DNA from: a virus
Lineage: Duplodnaviria; Heunggongvirae; Uroviricota; Caudoviricetes
IMG/VR virus record: IMGVR_UViG_3300038492_000581
Span: 25,815-89,814 of that record
Strand: one strand, 5' to 3'
Length of the DNA: 64,000 bases
In this document: piece by piece, positions 8,566 to 17,609 of the stretch
Layout: each line of letters begins with the position of its first letter
Numbering within the stretch: the stretch's first letter is position 1
The notes under the pieces: generated by a model
The model's database searches: none
What the model was told of the DNA's origin: nothing
What the model saw: the letters and a program-made list of their open reading frames with translations, nothing else
Translations under genes and position numbers: made by a program

Positions 8566-10575
8566 CTACGCTCTCCTTGAGTACATAATGTCAGTTTTTG
8601 GAACGTTGATAGTATAACTTTCGCCTTCAAGGCTGTCAAGGGGACTTTGAATACTTCCCCCATTACGGTTAGTTTTCGAATCCTCCTGCATATAGATTCG
8701 ATAAGCACGCTTGCCGCTGCCGTTGAAGATGTCTGCATTTTGCTGAGATAATCCAGACAAACCATCAGTGAAGATGATGACTGCATCAACATCGTCAGTT
8801 TGAATCTTCTCGTTACAGTATTCGATGACCTCATCGAAACAGGTTGAAGCACCGGCGAACACCTCGCCGGCTCTCATCTGAGCGATTTCGTTTTCATCAA
8901 GCTCTTTGATAGAGCCGGCGAAACTCATAACTCCGGAATCTCCATCGTCATTTCGCGAAAAAGCAATGTCGGCCTTTTCCTCAAACGTATCGCACATATA
9001 CATCATATGAGGAAAGAACTCGGTCATCGAAGGAGAAAGATCGAAGAACACGAGAACGCGACGCTTGCCTTCGGTACCCTCTTGATTTTGAAACAATGGG
9101 TATACAGGCGGACGCATACCCATAATTGCCATCATTGTACCTTCCTCAGTAAGAATCTGAGGATAAGGTCGGCTCATGATGTCATTTTCAAGCACCTCGG
9201 TAATTCGGCCAGCAACATCACGCATGATTTTTTCTGTGTAGATTTTCTCTGCGTAACGATCGAGACCAGGATCGGAAATATCTTCTGGCGTTTTAATGAA
9301 CTTGTCCCAAAATTCGGTCCTACAGTCAGAATACTTTTTCCAGCCCAAGCCACCCTGCAGTCTCTTGGGGACTAAAGACTTGCGTAGAGCCTCTTCGGCT
9401 TCGCGTGCTGATTCCGAGGCAATGTTTAGGCAATCTTCCATCATTCTGATGGTAGATCCATTAGGCATTTTTACTTCGTTCTTATTTTTGCCCTGACCTC
9501 CACCTTGTTGGTTCTTTTGTTCCTCACCCTCTCCTTCGCCACCACCGCCAGGCATTTTAAGAAGAGGAGCTTGACAATCGCTGTCTTCATCCATACCAAA
9601 AGGGTTCATTCCTTTAGTATTTTCATCGATCGGGACACCGAGTCTGGATAGGGCCATTCGATCGTCATAAGTGAGCTGAGAGCGTAGCCGGAAATATAGA
9701 TCATCAGGATTGACGTTTCGGATGTCAAACTTGAGCCTCTTGTAGACTTTCTTGGTTCGTTTCTTCTTAGTCTTCGGAGTTTCGTACTCGATTTCCTGCG
9801 GACCAGTGTCGTAAAGGCTTTCCCAAATCTCTGCGTAAGCGGGATTGACCCTGCGAAGCTTTCTGAGATCGGCATCCTCTAAAGAAGAGTTTGCCAAGGC
9901 CAGAACAGTGAACTTGCTTTCGTCAGGATATAGATATTGACAAAGTTTGTTCCATGCCTTTGAAACTTTGCCAGTAGTAGTGGCCGCCATGATTCGATTA
10001 GCACAAATGTCCATAACAAATCGTGCTAACCTCTTATCACCCAAATTTTCTCGACCACGACACAATGCCCGATGAAGAACCGCCCGTTGCATGATCATAC
10101 GAGCATAAGCCATCTTCCCCATAAGAATATAAGGATTGATGAGAATACGCTCTTTATTATTCTCGTCCAAACCCCACAGACAAATATCTACGTCGGTATT
10201 CGGTTCAGTGATTGTTCGAGCATGCAGATAACTAACACGCATCTTCATGTAAATCTTGCTGATACGAGCTTCCATCTTAGTTCGAGGCTTAACGGCGAAG
10301 ATATCGTACTTAGCGTTGCCTTTCAGCTCGCGACGCATTTCATCGAGATCGATGGGCAGAATCTTTTCTTCGGGTTTAACAAGCTTGCCATAACGCCATA
10401 GCTTGTCTCCGGATTGATCAACCTCAAACCATTTGATGAACCTGCCTTTGGATGTATCTTGTCCATACCTATTGCATCGAGTAGCAAGACTTCCATCTGC
10501 TGAAGTAGGAAGGGGTGCATCGGATCGTACAGTAATGGCGTGAGTTGAATAATCAGTTAGTTGAATGTCGCTCAT
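8566..10575 (-). CDS. von Willebrand factor A domain protein (CobT-like)
   Basis: 669 aa. Acidic/Gly-rich linker GGGGEGEGEEQ and a C-terminal vWA (RVLVFFDLSPSM ... IIFTDG). It sits immediately downstream of the MoxR-like ATPase. Confidence 0.55.
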   Translation of the reverse strand: MSDIQLTDYSTHAITVRSDAPLPTSADGSLATRCNRYGQDTSKGRFIKWFEVDQSGDKLWRYGKLVKPEEKILPIDLDEMRRELKGNAKYDIFAVKPRTKMEARISKIYMKMRVSYLHARTITEPNTDVDICLWGLDENNKERILINPYILMGKMAYARMIMQRAVLHRALCRGRENLGDKRLARFVMDICANRIMAATTTGKVSKAWNKLCQYLYPDESKFTVLALANSSLEDADLRKLRRVNPAYAEIWESLYDTGPQEIEYETPKTKKKRTKKVYKRLKFDIRNVNPDDLYFRLRSQLTYDDRMALSRLGVPIDENTKGMNPFGMDEDSDCQAPLLKMPGGGGEGEGEEQKNQQGGGQGKNKNEVKMPNGSTIRMMEDCLNIASESAREAEEALRKSLVPKRLQGGLGWKKYSDCRTEFWDKFIKTPEDISDPGLDRYAEKIYTEKIMRDVAGRITEVLENDIMSRPYPQILTEEGTMMAIMGMRPPVYPLFQNQEGTEGKRRVLVFFDLSPSMTEFFPHMMYMCDTFEEKADIAFSRNDDGDSGVMSFAGSIKELDENEIAQMRAGEVFAGASTCFDEVIEYCNEKIQTDDVDAVIIFTDGLSGLSQQNADIFNGSGKRAYRIYMQEDSKTNRNGGSIQSPLDSLEGESYTINVPKTDIMYSRRA

Positions 10576-10703
10576 TATTTATCTGCTGAAGAAACGCCTC
10601 AACAAAGATGGCCAATTCATTGTCGCTTAAGCGTGCAAACTTAGTTACTTTATAAAGTAGCTTTGCACGCTCATTCAAACTTGCTTTCTGCCATTTATTT
10701 GTA

Positions 10704-12086
10704 TCAATCATCGTTATTCGTTGCTAAAATCTCGGAAACCTGCAAAGAGTTAAGACGATCGGCCTTTGCGTACTTGGAGGCCATCATTTGCATTTTAGAG
10801 TCAGTGCAGTCAGGATAGCTGCCATGCATGAGAACTCGTGCAATATCCGTGATGACAAAGCCACGAACTTGATCGGCAACATGCTTGGTCTTAGGGTGAT
10901 CCTTGAGAACTTTCCATAGAGGACCAACCTGAGAGATGTCTTCGGAAGTTGCCTGATTTAGAGTATCGCCAGTGATACGGGTGATTTCCAAATCATCAAG
11001 ATGTTGGCAAACGTTGGCAATTTCTCTTTGAAGAAAATCAACCTTCTGTCGGGCCGACAGGGCCGAAGCAAAGCCACAGTGAAGTTTGCCCTCGGGGGTG
11101 TTGATGCCTTCGACGAGCATTCCGGATAGCTGACGCCAAGCTTTATTACAGATGTCAATGAACTCGGGCCCAGCCTCTGAATGATGGGTCTGAATATTGT
11201 AGCGAACCGCATACTCTCCGGCAAGCTGAAGAGGATTAGGATATCCCATTACTCGGAAATATGCACAAAGCCCCACAATAGCGATCGGAAGTTGTGCTGC
11301 AAAAGTACGAGGAGAAGTCCAAGCAGCGAGATTCTCTCTAAGCTCCGTGCTTCCCATCACCTTGTCTTTGATGTGAGGGATAAAAGCACTAACGAATGTA
11401 GACATCTGCTCGAATAAATCATCATCTTCAATGAGAATTTCGTACTCTTGTCGAGTTTTTACAATCACTTCGTCAAGCTCGGTCGCAATAGACTGAAGAT
11501 TTCGGCCAGAACTTCTTCGGTTAAGTGCGATCATACTACGAACATCGCTGGGTTCTACAGTCTCATAATTTTCGCATGGTAACCAAAAAAGAAAACGATC
11601 CTTGAGGGCCGCATCCAGCTTACGAGAATTCTTGTACGTGGCTGGATTGCCTGTGGCAATAGCAAGAGTGTAGTCGCATGGAATACCCTGAAATGAACGC
11701 TCTTCGAGAACTTCCATCCAATAGTTCATGCGTTCTGTGTTGGCACGGGCCAGCTCGTCAATAACGACAATATTGGCACCAAAGATCGATCGGTCCGTTT
11801 TGATAAACTCAAACTTGCCGGTCTTTTCGGCACCCGCCATGTTTGGGAATCCACCAATATCAATTAGGCCCGCTTTATCTGCTGAATAGTAGCGGAATCC
11901 GCGACCAGTCTCATCAATAGTGCGACCAAGAACCTTGCCCAGCGTGGTCTTGCCAACACCGTGAAGAGCTTCGAGATAAATATTGTGCCGAAGTGCCGCG
12001 GCAACAACAACGCACGGCTCGATCTTGTGATATCCTCCTACAATTTTTTCGAGGATACTTTGACTCTTAGGAATGGTGAAGCTCAT
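10704..12086 (-). CDS. MoxR-like AAA+ ATPase (CobS-like)
   Basis: Walker A ALHGVGKTTL, Walker B VVIDELARAN, sensor ATGNP and LDAALKDRF. Confidence 0.65.
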   Translation of the reverse strand: MSFTIPKSQSILEKIVGGYHKIEPCVVVAAALRHNIYLEALHGVGKTTLGKVLGRTIDETGRGFRYYSADKAGLIDIGGFPNMAGAEKTGKFEFIKTDRSIFGANIVVIDELARANTERMNYWMEVLEERSFQGIPCDYTLAIATGNPATYKNSRKLDAALKDRFLFWLPCENYETVEPSDVRSMIALNRRSSGRNLQSIATELDEVIVKTRQEYEILIEDDDLFEQMSTFVSAFIPHIKDKVMGSTELRENLAAWTSPRTFAAQLPIAIVGLCAYFRVMGYPNPLQLAGEYAVRYNIQTHHSEAGPEFIDICNKAWRQLSGMLVEGINTPEGKLHCGFASALSARQKVDFLQREIANVCQHLDDLEITRITGDTLNQATSEDISQVGPLWKVLKDHPKTKHVADQVRGFVITDIARVLMHGSYPDCTDSKMQMMASKYAKADRLNSLQVSEILATNNDD

Positions 12087-12091
12087 TGTAA

Positions 12092-12682
12092 TTAGCTCTC
12101 CTGATCGAAGTCGAAGTCGGTGACTTCGGTAATGGACAGATAAACGTCGGCCTCTTCTGTGGCACCCCGGAAGATGGCATCGATGGCACCTTCGCCACCT
12201 TTTTGAGTGGTTACCTCGATGATGACGAGGTCATTGTCGTTTGCATTGACAGTCACGACTTTTGAGAAAGCTAAGATCTTTTTGAACATGATCTTATACT
12301 TGATAGCTTCGGCTTGCTCGGGGTCACTGACGGTAGCTTCATCGTAGTAGAACTCTGTAAGCCCGCTAACTACTTGTCCTCCAGCAACTTTCTGTACTTT
12401 GTCGCTGATGGAAAAGATGGTTGGTGTTTCTCGGCCCTTGCAATGAACCAAGAATTGATGTCCAGATAAAGCCTGTGCCACTTCTTGATCCGCGACGTGG
12501 TCACAGCCACGTAAAATTGTGGCGTCCTTGGCGTTACTACGCTCAACACCGAACTCGCGTGCGATGGAATTCAGATTTCGCATACCGAAGCCAAAATGGG
12601 TGCCGAGAACGCGATAGGGCGTGCCGTTCGTGTCATCGAGCGAACGTGCCGTACGCACTCTGGGAGTGAGATCAGTGCTCAT
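12092..12682 (-). CDS. hypothetical protein
   Basis: 196 aa ORF. Confidence 0.4.
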   Translation of the reverse strand: MSTDLTPRVRTARSLDDTNGTPYRVLGTHFGFGMRNLNSIAREFGVERSNAKDATILRGCDHVADQEVAQALSGHQFLVHCKGRETPTIFSISDKVQKVAGGQVVSGLTEFYYDEATVSDPEQAEAIKYKIMFKKILAFSKVVTVNANDNDLVIIEVTTQKGGEGAIDAIFRGATEEADVYLSITEVTDFDFDQES

Positions 12683-12739
12683 GTGGATTCTCCGTTGTGT
12701 GACTCGTCCTAAGAGTATAGCACGAGTTGAGCGAGGCAG

Positions 12740-13105
12740 CTATTTTTTCTCGATTTTTCCTTCTTCGTAGCCGCTGCACTGTTTTACTTCTGGCACGTCT
12801 ATTTGCTTTCTTAAGATTGGATGACAGCAAATGCCGTGAATGAATGTCTTGACGGTGTGGGCTTTTGATTCAACCTCTTTGGTGCCATCATCGTCATTTT
12901 CGCCGTGACCAAACAATTCGTTGTGGGCGGCAAGAGCGTGATCTACTTCAGCCGGGCTATTTTCGTCGAAGAATGTGCCGTCTTCAACCACGGGATGAGC
13001 TGTACGAACATCAAAGATGCTCTCAGTTGCCAACTTAAGCCCACAAATTCCATGCTTACAAGTAAAGCATAGCGAATTCTCTGCGTTTAGTTCGTTTTTA
13101 CTCAT
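12740..13105 (-). CDS. hypothetical Cys/His-rich protein
   Basis: 121 aa with several CxxC/HxxxC pairs. Confidence 0.35.
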   Translation of the reverse strand: MSKNELNAENSLCFTCKHGICGLKLATESIFDVRTAHPVVEDGTFFDENSPAEVDHALAAHNELFGHGENDDDGTKEVESKAHTVKTFIHGICCHPILRKQIDVPEVKQCSGYEEGKIEKK

Positions 13106-13680
13106 TTGTTTCTTTCAAATACCAGAGGATCATCCCATAGAACTTCGCCAGGAATATGCTGATAGGTGTCAATGAAACGCTGAATTACATCAAGCGGAAC
13201 ATTATGAACATTTCGTTTAACCAAAACCTTAGCATCCCACGGTCCTGGTGTCCGAATGATTTCAAACCGGTAATCAAACTGTCTCGCCAAATCAGCATAG
13301 ACTTGTACATCTCTTATTTTGATTGATGTATTAGAAACAATAATGCATTCGGTTCGTGCGATCATTTCTCGCTTTACTTCAAGTTGACACCACTTGTGAG
13401 CATCCCCCAGAAAATCTTTATTGAATGCGTAATTTGGGCCCCAAAAGTTATCGGCTTCAATTACAGGAGGACTTTCGATTTCGTCGTGCGATCTACTGAA
13501 CATGAACTGCTCAGAAAGATGGTTTGCGATTGTACTCTTGCCAGTTCCACAAGGGCCGCGTACAATATAAAGAATTGGCTTCTGTTTTTCACAGTATGAC
13601 AATGGTCTATATCCAAGATGTTTGAGAAGTTTGTCGTCCATGATCAAAAGTTTGGGCGGCCCCATTTTTGGGCCGCCCAA
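13102..13680 (-). CDS. polynucleotide 5'-kinase-like P-loop kinase (T4 Pnk kinase-domain-like, no fused phosphatase domain)
   Basis: P-loop IVRGPCGTGKST. IIVSNTSI and KRNVHNVPLDVIQRFIDTY parallel T4 Pnk IISDTNL and [20 protein letters not shown]. Confidence 0.55.
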   Translation of the reverse strand: MGGPKMGPPKLLIMDDKLLKHLGYRPLSYCEKQKPILYIVRGPCGTGKSTIANHLSEQFMFSRSHDEIESPPVIEADNFWGPNYAFNKDFLGDAHKWCQLEVKREMIARTECIIVSNTSIKIRDVQVYADLARQFDYRFEIIRTPGPWDAKVLVKRNVHNVPLDVIQRFIDTYQHIPGEVLWDDPLVFERNK

Positions 13681-13686
13681 TTGTGG

Positions 13687-14091
13687 TTAGAAGAGTTGGT
13701 CGTCATCCTCATTTTCAGACGGCTTTGCAGCTTTCTTCTTTTGCGTCGCCTTGCCACCACCGCCATCGCCCCTCGACATAAACTCGAAGGAATCGATGAT
13801 GAATTCAATCTTTGAACGCTTTTCACCGTCAGTGTTTTCCCACTGATTCAGAGAAGCCTGACATTCGACCAAGATGGGCGTACCCTTCTTGAAATGTTCT
13901 GCGATCACTTCGGCACGACGGCCGAAAGCAACCAGATCGAAAAAGTTGACCCGATCATCCTTGTCTTTACCGGCGTAAGCATTGCTCGCGATAGTCAGTC
14001 GGGCCACAGCGGTCCCACTCTTTGCTTCACGAAGCTCAACATCACGAGTGAGATTGCCCGTAAAGATACACTTGTTAAGATTGCTCGCCAT
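13687..14091 (-). CDS. ssb: single-stranded DNA-binding protein
   Basis: OB-fold-like N terminus, a Gly-rich linker GDGGGGK and the acidic C-terminal tail DDDQLF. Confidence 0.75.
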   Translation of the reverse strand: MASNLNKCIFTGNLTRDVELREAKSGTAVARLTIASNAYAGKDKDDRVNFFDLVAFGRRAEVIAEHFKKGTPILVECQASLNQWENTDGEKRSKIEFIIDSFEFMSRGDGGGGKATQKKKAAKPSENEDDDQLF

Positions 14092-14497
14092 CTTGGATTA
14101 ACTCCTTGAAATATTTTCTGGTCTCTTCAAATGCCTCTGAACGGCTGAGACCAGCTTCCTTTTGCTTTTTAGTCATGCGGAAACGTTTTCCGCCAGATCT
14201 TTCTCCAAAGTTATCCAGTGTGAGTTCGGGATCTTGCCAAACGTCTTCAGATATAATTGATCGTACCGTGCGTTGGCTTGATCTCTGATATCCGCTCTTA
14301 ACAAACTCCTCAAACGCTTGTTGACGACTTAAGCCACGCTCAACTTGGATTCTCGTTCGTCTGAACCGAGTCTCGGCTCGCAGTTCGTATTCCTTGATGG
14401 ATTCCACGGCTTTCCTCCAGCTTTCGGAGTTCTGCCTCAGCTTCACCGTAGTATCGTTCTTGCGAGACAAAGCCGCCTTTTCTTGGTAGCTTGTCAA
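14075..14497 (-). CDS. small basic protein with two GLSRxxAFEE repeats
   Basis: ERGLSRQQAFEEFVKSG and KEAGLSRSEAFEETRKY. The C-terminal domain is paralogous to the C terminus of the 46202..46795 protein. Confidence 0.4.
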   Translation of the reverse strand: MTSYQEKAALSRKNDTTVKLRQNSESWRKAVESIKEYELRAETRFRRTRIQVERGLSRQQAFEEFVKSGYQRSSQRTVRSIISEDVWQDPELTLDNFGERSGGKRFRMTKKQKEAGLSRSEAFEETRKYFKELIQDGEQS

Positions 14498-14639
14498 AAT
14501 CAGGAATGGATTGATCCTCTAACTGATCGTGATAATGAAAATGTTGGGCCAAGAGACACAACAAATGATTCCGTCTATTGTAAGCTAAGACAGCCTCGTA
14601 ATCTTGCTTGTTTAACATCTCTCTTCCCTCATTGGGACA

Positions 14640-14730
14640 TGAGTGGAGCCGGCGAGAATTGAACTCGCGTGCTGCTGTCCGTCGCCTCGATAGGATTTTA
14701 CACGCTTAGTTTCTTGCGAAACATTGGGGG
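14640..14730 (-). tRNA. possible tRNA-like element. Only the T-arm was recognised.
   Basis: Minus-strand GCGAGTTCAATTCTCGC T-arm followed by CGGCTCCA. I could not pair a 5' acceptor strand. Confidence 0.2.
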
Positions 14731-15012
14731 ACGTATTTGGTACGTCGCCTTCCACCACTCTGTTTTGTGAAAACAGAGAAAACGTTTTGCCGATGTATTA
14801 TAGTCGTCCCAATCTATCGGCATCAATTGGTTTGACTTGCTGCTACGCAGCCATCTTTGTAGTGCCAGTTAGGCTTGAGCATTCTGTTAAGGTCGGACGC
14901 ACAACAACCCTGCGTGACTATCTCAGTTCGTGAACCCAGTCGATACCTTTCGGCCCCGGGTACCATTAATAGTACACTTAATGGTGTCTAAAGTCAACTG
15001 ATTTTTGATGAT

Positions 15013-15639
15013 TTACACAGGCCAAACGTATTGCTGTGTATCATCTTCGGACCATTGGAAACGGTCATACCAATTATTGTCTGTAATGGGTGGAACGCCC
15101 ATATTGTCCAGAAGTTTATGTACATGCTCGCGATCAGGTATAGTAAACAGATTAAGCTCCGGAAGACCGCGGGACTTAAGCCACTTGTTAGCACCGCGAC
15201 CAACGCCAGGAACAGTTCGTATACGTTGTGCGAGTAGGTCGATCGTCCCTTTGAAAATCAGGCGAGATCGATGGCTGGAATGAACGTCGTCACGACTGAT
15301 CCAGTTAGGCAGAGTATACATCGGCACAGGGGCCAAACGAAGCGTGTTATTGCCGCCACGATTAATCCACTCTTCAATAGTGGCGTTCATGTAGTGTCGT
15401 AAGGCGTACTCATAGCCTTTCCACATTTTGGCAGCAGGATGTTTCGACCAACCTTTAACTGACAAAGGCTTGTTCTTGATAAAACCTTGTTGAATACGCC
15501 ACTCGCGTTCAGCCAAAGCCCAGTCGTCACCAAGAGAAGTGAGAATTTGAAAGGCTTCGGTGCGTTGCTTGCCAAGACGTTTCTTGTCGAGCATGATGGC
15601 GGAAGCACGAAAGTTAGGAACAGGCAAAAATGTTTGCAT
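15013..15639 (-). CDS. possible pyrimidine-dimer DNA glycosylase family protein (DenV-like). Uncertain.
   Basis: N-terminal MLDKKRLGKQRTEAFQIL...GW.KHPA..MW.G recalls bacterial Pyr_excise family members. Confidence 0.35.
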   Translation of the reverse strand: MQTFLPVPNFRASAIMLDKKRLGKQRTEAFQILTSLGDDWALAEREWRIQQGFIKNKPLSVKGWSKHPAAKMWKGYEYALRHYMNATIEEWINRGGNNTLRLAPVPMYTLPNWISRDDVHSSHRSRLIFKGTIDLLAQRIRTVPGVGRGANKWLKSRGLPELNLFTIPDREHVHKLLDNMGVPPITDNNWYDRFQWSEDDTQQYVWPV

Positions 15640-15682
15640 GTAGGCAGTATACTCTACTTTTCGGTTTTATCAAGAAAAATCT

Positions 15683-15886
15683 CTACCGAGTTGCGGCACG
15701 CCGCAGGCGATTAAGTAGTCGTCTTTCTGTTGGAGAGACATTCTTGACAACTCTGCGAAAAGCCTGCTCTCTTGTGAGGTTAAACTCGGCTGAGCTGTTT
15801 GTCCATAGCCATCCATGCAATGGGCTCTGGTATGCCCAGTAGCCTTGTCGTTGAAGAAATCGTCTTTCAATGTCTCGTTTACGCAT
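15683..15886 (-). CDS. small basic protein with an LTREQAFRRV motif
   Basis: The track ORF extends to 15970 across tRNA-His; the internal MRKRDIERRF start is preferred. Confidence 0.3.
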   Translation of the reverse strand: MRKRDIERRFLQRQGYWAYQSPLHGWLWTNSSAEFNLTREQAFRRVVKNVSPTERRLLNRLRRAATR

Positions 15887-15914
15887 TGTTATTATTCCGC
15901 AATAATAAAAAGAA

Positions 15915-15989
15915 GGGGGAACGCCGGGATTTGAACCCGAACTTCCAGAGTCACAATCTGACGTGCTCACCGTTTACACCACGATCCCC
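15915..15989 (-). tRNA. tRNA-His (GTG)
   Basis: Anticodon loop TTGTGAC, T-arm TCGGGTTCAAATCCCGG and acceptor GGGGATC. The G run at the 5' end is compatible with an encoded G-1. Confidence 0.55.
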
Positions 15990-15995
15990 ATGTTG

Positions 15996-16253
15996 CTACA
16001 GTTCTTGCACTGTAACTCCAGTCTGTCCTGCACGCAAAGTGTTGTGCCTACCAGACAGACCGCTAATAAGTACCTCGAAGCTGATTGCCGTATCTTCGTC
16101 GGGAGTATAGATCAAGAATCCATTTGATCCTCCGGTTGTATTATGACTTCCTGGTATGCCAGCTCCAGGACCGGTTTCTCGTCCGCTTCCATTAGAAAGG
16201 CTTATGACTTGATCAGAAATGACATTCCCTACGTCGTCAAGCACCCGCATCAT
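15996..16253 (-). CDS. hypothetical Gly-rich small protein
   Basis: 85 aa ORF lying between two tRNAs. Confidence 0.3.
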   Translation of the reverse strand: MMRVLDDVGNVISDQVISLSNGSGRETGPGAGIPGSHNTTGGSNGFLIYTPDEDTAISFEVLISGLSGRHNTLRAGQTGVTVQEL

Positions 16254-16311
16254 CGTAGCTCCTCGTGCCGAATCCGCAGGACTGCCACCAACGCCAATCG
16301 AACGATGTGAC

Positions 16312-16385
16312 CAACCCCTGTCAGATTCGAACTGACGTCTGTAGATTTGCAGTCTACCGCATGAACCACTCTACCAAGGAGTCAT
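16312..16385 (-). tRNA. tRNA-like, anticodon loop CTGCAAA (Cys GCA). Acceptor pairing not found.
   Basis: Canonical T-arm GTCAGTTCGAATCTGAC, anticodon stem GTAGA/TCTAC and D-loop TTGGTAGAG. A 5' acceptor strand complementary to AGGGGTT is missing. Confidence 0.35.
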
Positions 16386-16388
16386 TTA

Positions 16389-16682
16389 TCAGTCATCGCT
16401 GATCCTAAAAAGTTGTTTAATATCTGTGTTTGCTGAAGTTCTGTAAATACGCAGAAACTCAACTACGGGTTCGGGCAGATGTACATCTGCAAACCAAACA
16501 GTGTCCTCGCCATTTGGGAACATCCCTTGGGAGATAGTATAGTCAACAGGATTTGTTTCCGCAGGACATGATGGAATTTTATCAAGAGGAGTAAACACCT
16601 TATCATTTAGAGAAGCGTGTCTCATTAGATAGCCATTGATAAATCCAAGCGTGGTATAATATAGTTCTTCGTATTTCATCAC
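16389..16682 (-). CDS. hypothetical protein
   Basis: 97 aa ORF. Confidence 0.4.
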   Translation of the reverse strand: MMKYEELYYTTLGFINGYLMRHASLNDKVFTPLDKIPSCPAETNPVDYTISQGMFPNGEDTVWFADVHLPEPVVEFLRIYRTSANTDIKQLFRISDD

Positions 16683-16707
16683 ACGTTCATCCCTTGTATT
16701 AATGACT

Positions 16708-17001
16708 CTAAATTCTTGGTCTTAGTAGGCTGGCTACCAATCTATCGGCTTGCAAAGTGTCTTTTACAAGATTTTCATCTCGCTCTTTGTCTACGATGTC
16801 ATATTCGTAGTCTTTTGGATTCTTTGAGGGACATCCCTTAACGTCGCGACAACTTCGAATAGTGATGAAAAGCTCGTCAATAGCTTCATGCACATTTCTT
16901 CCGGCAGAATGATACCCTGGCTTTTCTACAACTTTAGCCCTAAAACAACCTGCCTTACCACCATAACGTCCACGAGGATCGAAGTGAACTTGAATCTTCA
17001 T
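16708..17001 (-). CDS. hypothetical protein
   Basis: 97 aa ORF. Confidence 0.4.
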   Translation of the reverse strand: MKIQVHFDPRGRYGGKAGCFRAKVVEKPGYHSAGRNVHEAIDELFITIRSCRDVKGCPSKNPKDYEYDIVDKERDENLVKDTLQADRLVASLLRPRI

Positions 17002-17087
17002 TGTGTACTACCTTGTAGTTAAGTAAACCTGTTTGTCACCGGCCTAAGACCGGCCGCTTTTCCTAATAGCTTTGCTTGGTGTGACGA

Positions 17088-17160
17088 TGACCCTGAACGG
17101 ATTCGAACCGTTATCCATGGATTGAGAGTCCACGTGTCCTAACCATTAGACGACAGGGCC
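17088..17160 (-). tRNA. tRNA-Glu (CTC)
   Basis: GGCCCTGTCGTCTAATGGTTAGGACACGTGGACTCTCAATCCATGGATAACGGTTCGAATCCGTTCAGGGTCA. All four stems pair. Confidence 0.65.
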
Positions 17161-17162
17161 TT

Positions 17163-17489
17163 TTAATCCATTTCATCTTGAGTAATTTCCGATCGTGCTG
17201 ACTTGCTTGATTCCGAGTGCTTTATTGACTTAATGTGGACTTCAGCATCACAAGACCATTGATCTTTATCGCCAAATACGTAATCAAATTCCGAAGGAAG
17301 AAGATCAACACAATCGCCCGGATTTCTGTCAAATCTGGCAAATCCTTCGCGATCTTTGGTATTCAGCCTTGTTCCTACAATATACTTGCCAGAATCACGG
17401 CGGAAACCCAAGATCCACTTAACTTCTTTTTCGCCGTGAATACGCACTCTTGTGCCGACACACAAGACCATTTCGTGTTTATCGCTCAT
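17163..17489 (-). CDS. hypothetical protein
   Basis: 108 aa ORF. Confidence 0.4.
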   Translation of the reverse strand: MSDKHEMVLCVGTRVRIHGEKEVKWILGFRRDSGKYIVGTRLNTKDREGFARFDRNPGDCVDLLPSEFDYVFGDKDQWSCDAEVHIKSIKHSESSKSARSEITQDEMD

Positions 17490-17535
17490 ACCTCATTATA
17501 CCCCAATTCGCGTGTAGTGCCAAAGAAAATGAAAA

Positions 17536-17608
17536 TGAGGCAGCCGGGATTCGAACCCGAGATTCCAGCATGGCAAGCTGACGTGTTGGCCGCTAACACC
17601 ACTACCCC
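17536..17608 (-). tRNA. tRNA-Gly (GCC)
   Basis: GGGGTAGTGGTGTTAGCGGCCAACACGTCAGCTTGCCATGCTGGAATCTCGGGTTCGAATCCCGGCTGCCTCA. Confidence 0.6.
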
Positions 17609-17609
17609 T

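Noticed and set aside
9007-9375. 122-aa plus-strand ORF
   Set aside because: Antisense to the vWA/CobT-like gene. No RBS.
15683-15970. N-terminal extension of the track ORF (95 aa)
   Set aside because: The first 28 codons translate tRNA-His. An internal Met start was used instead.
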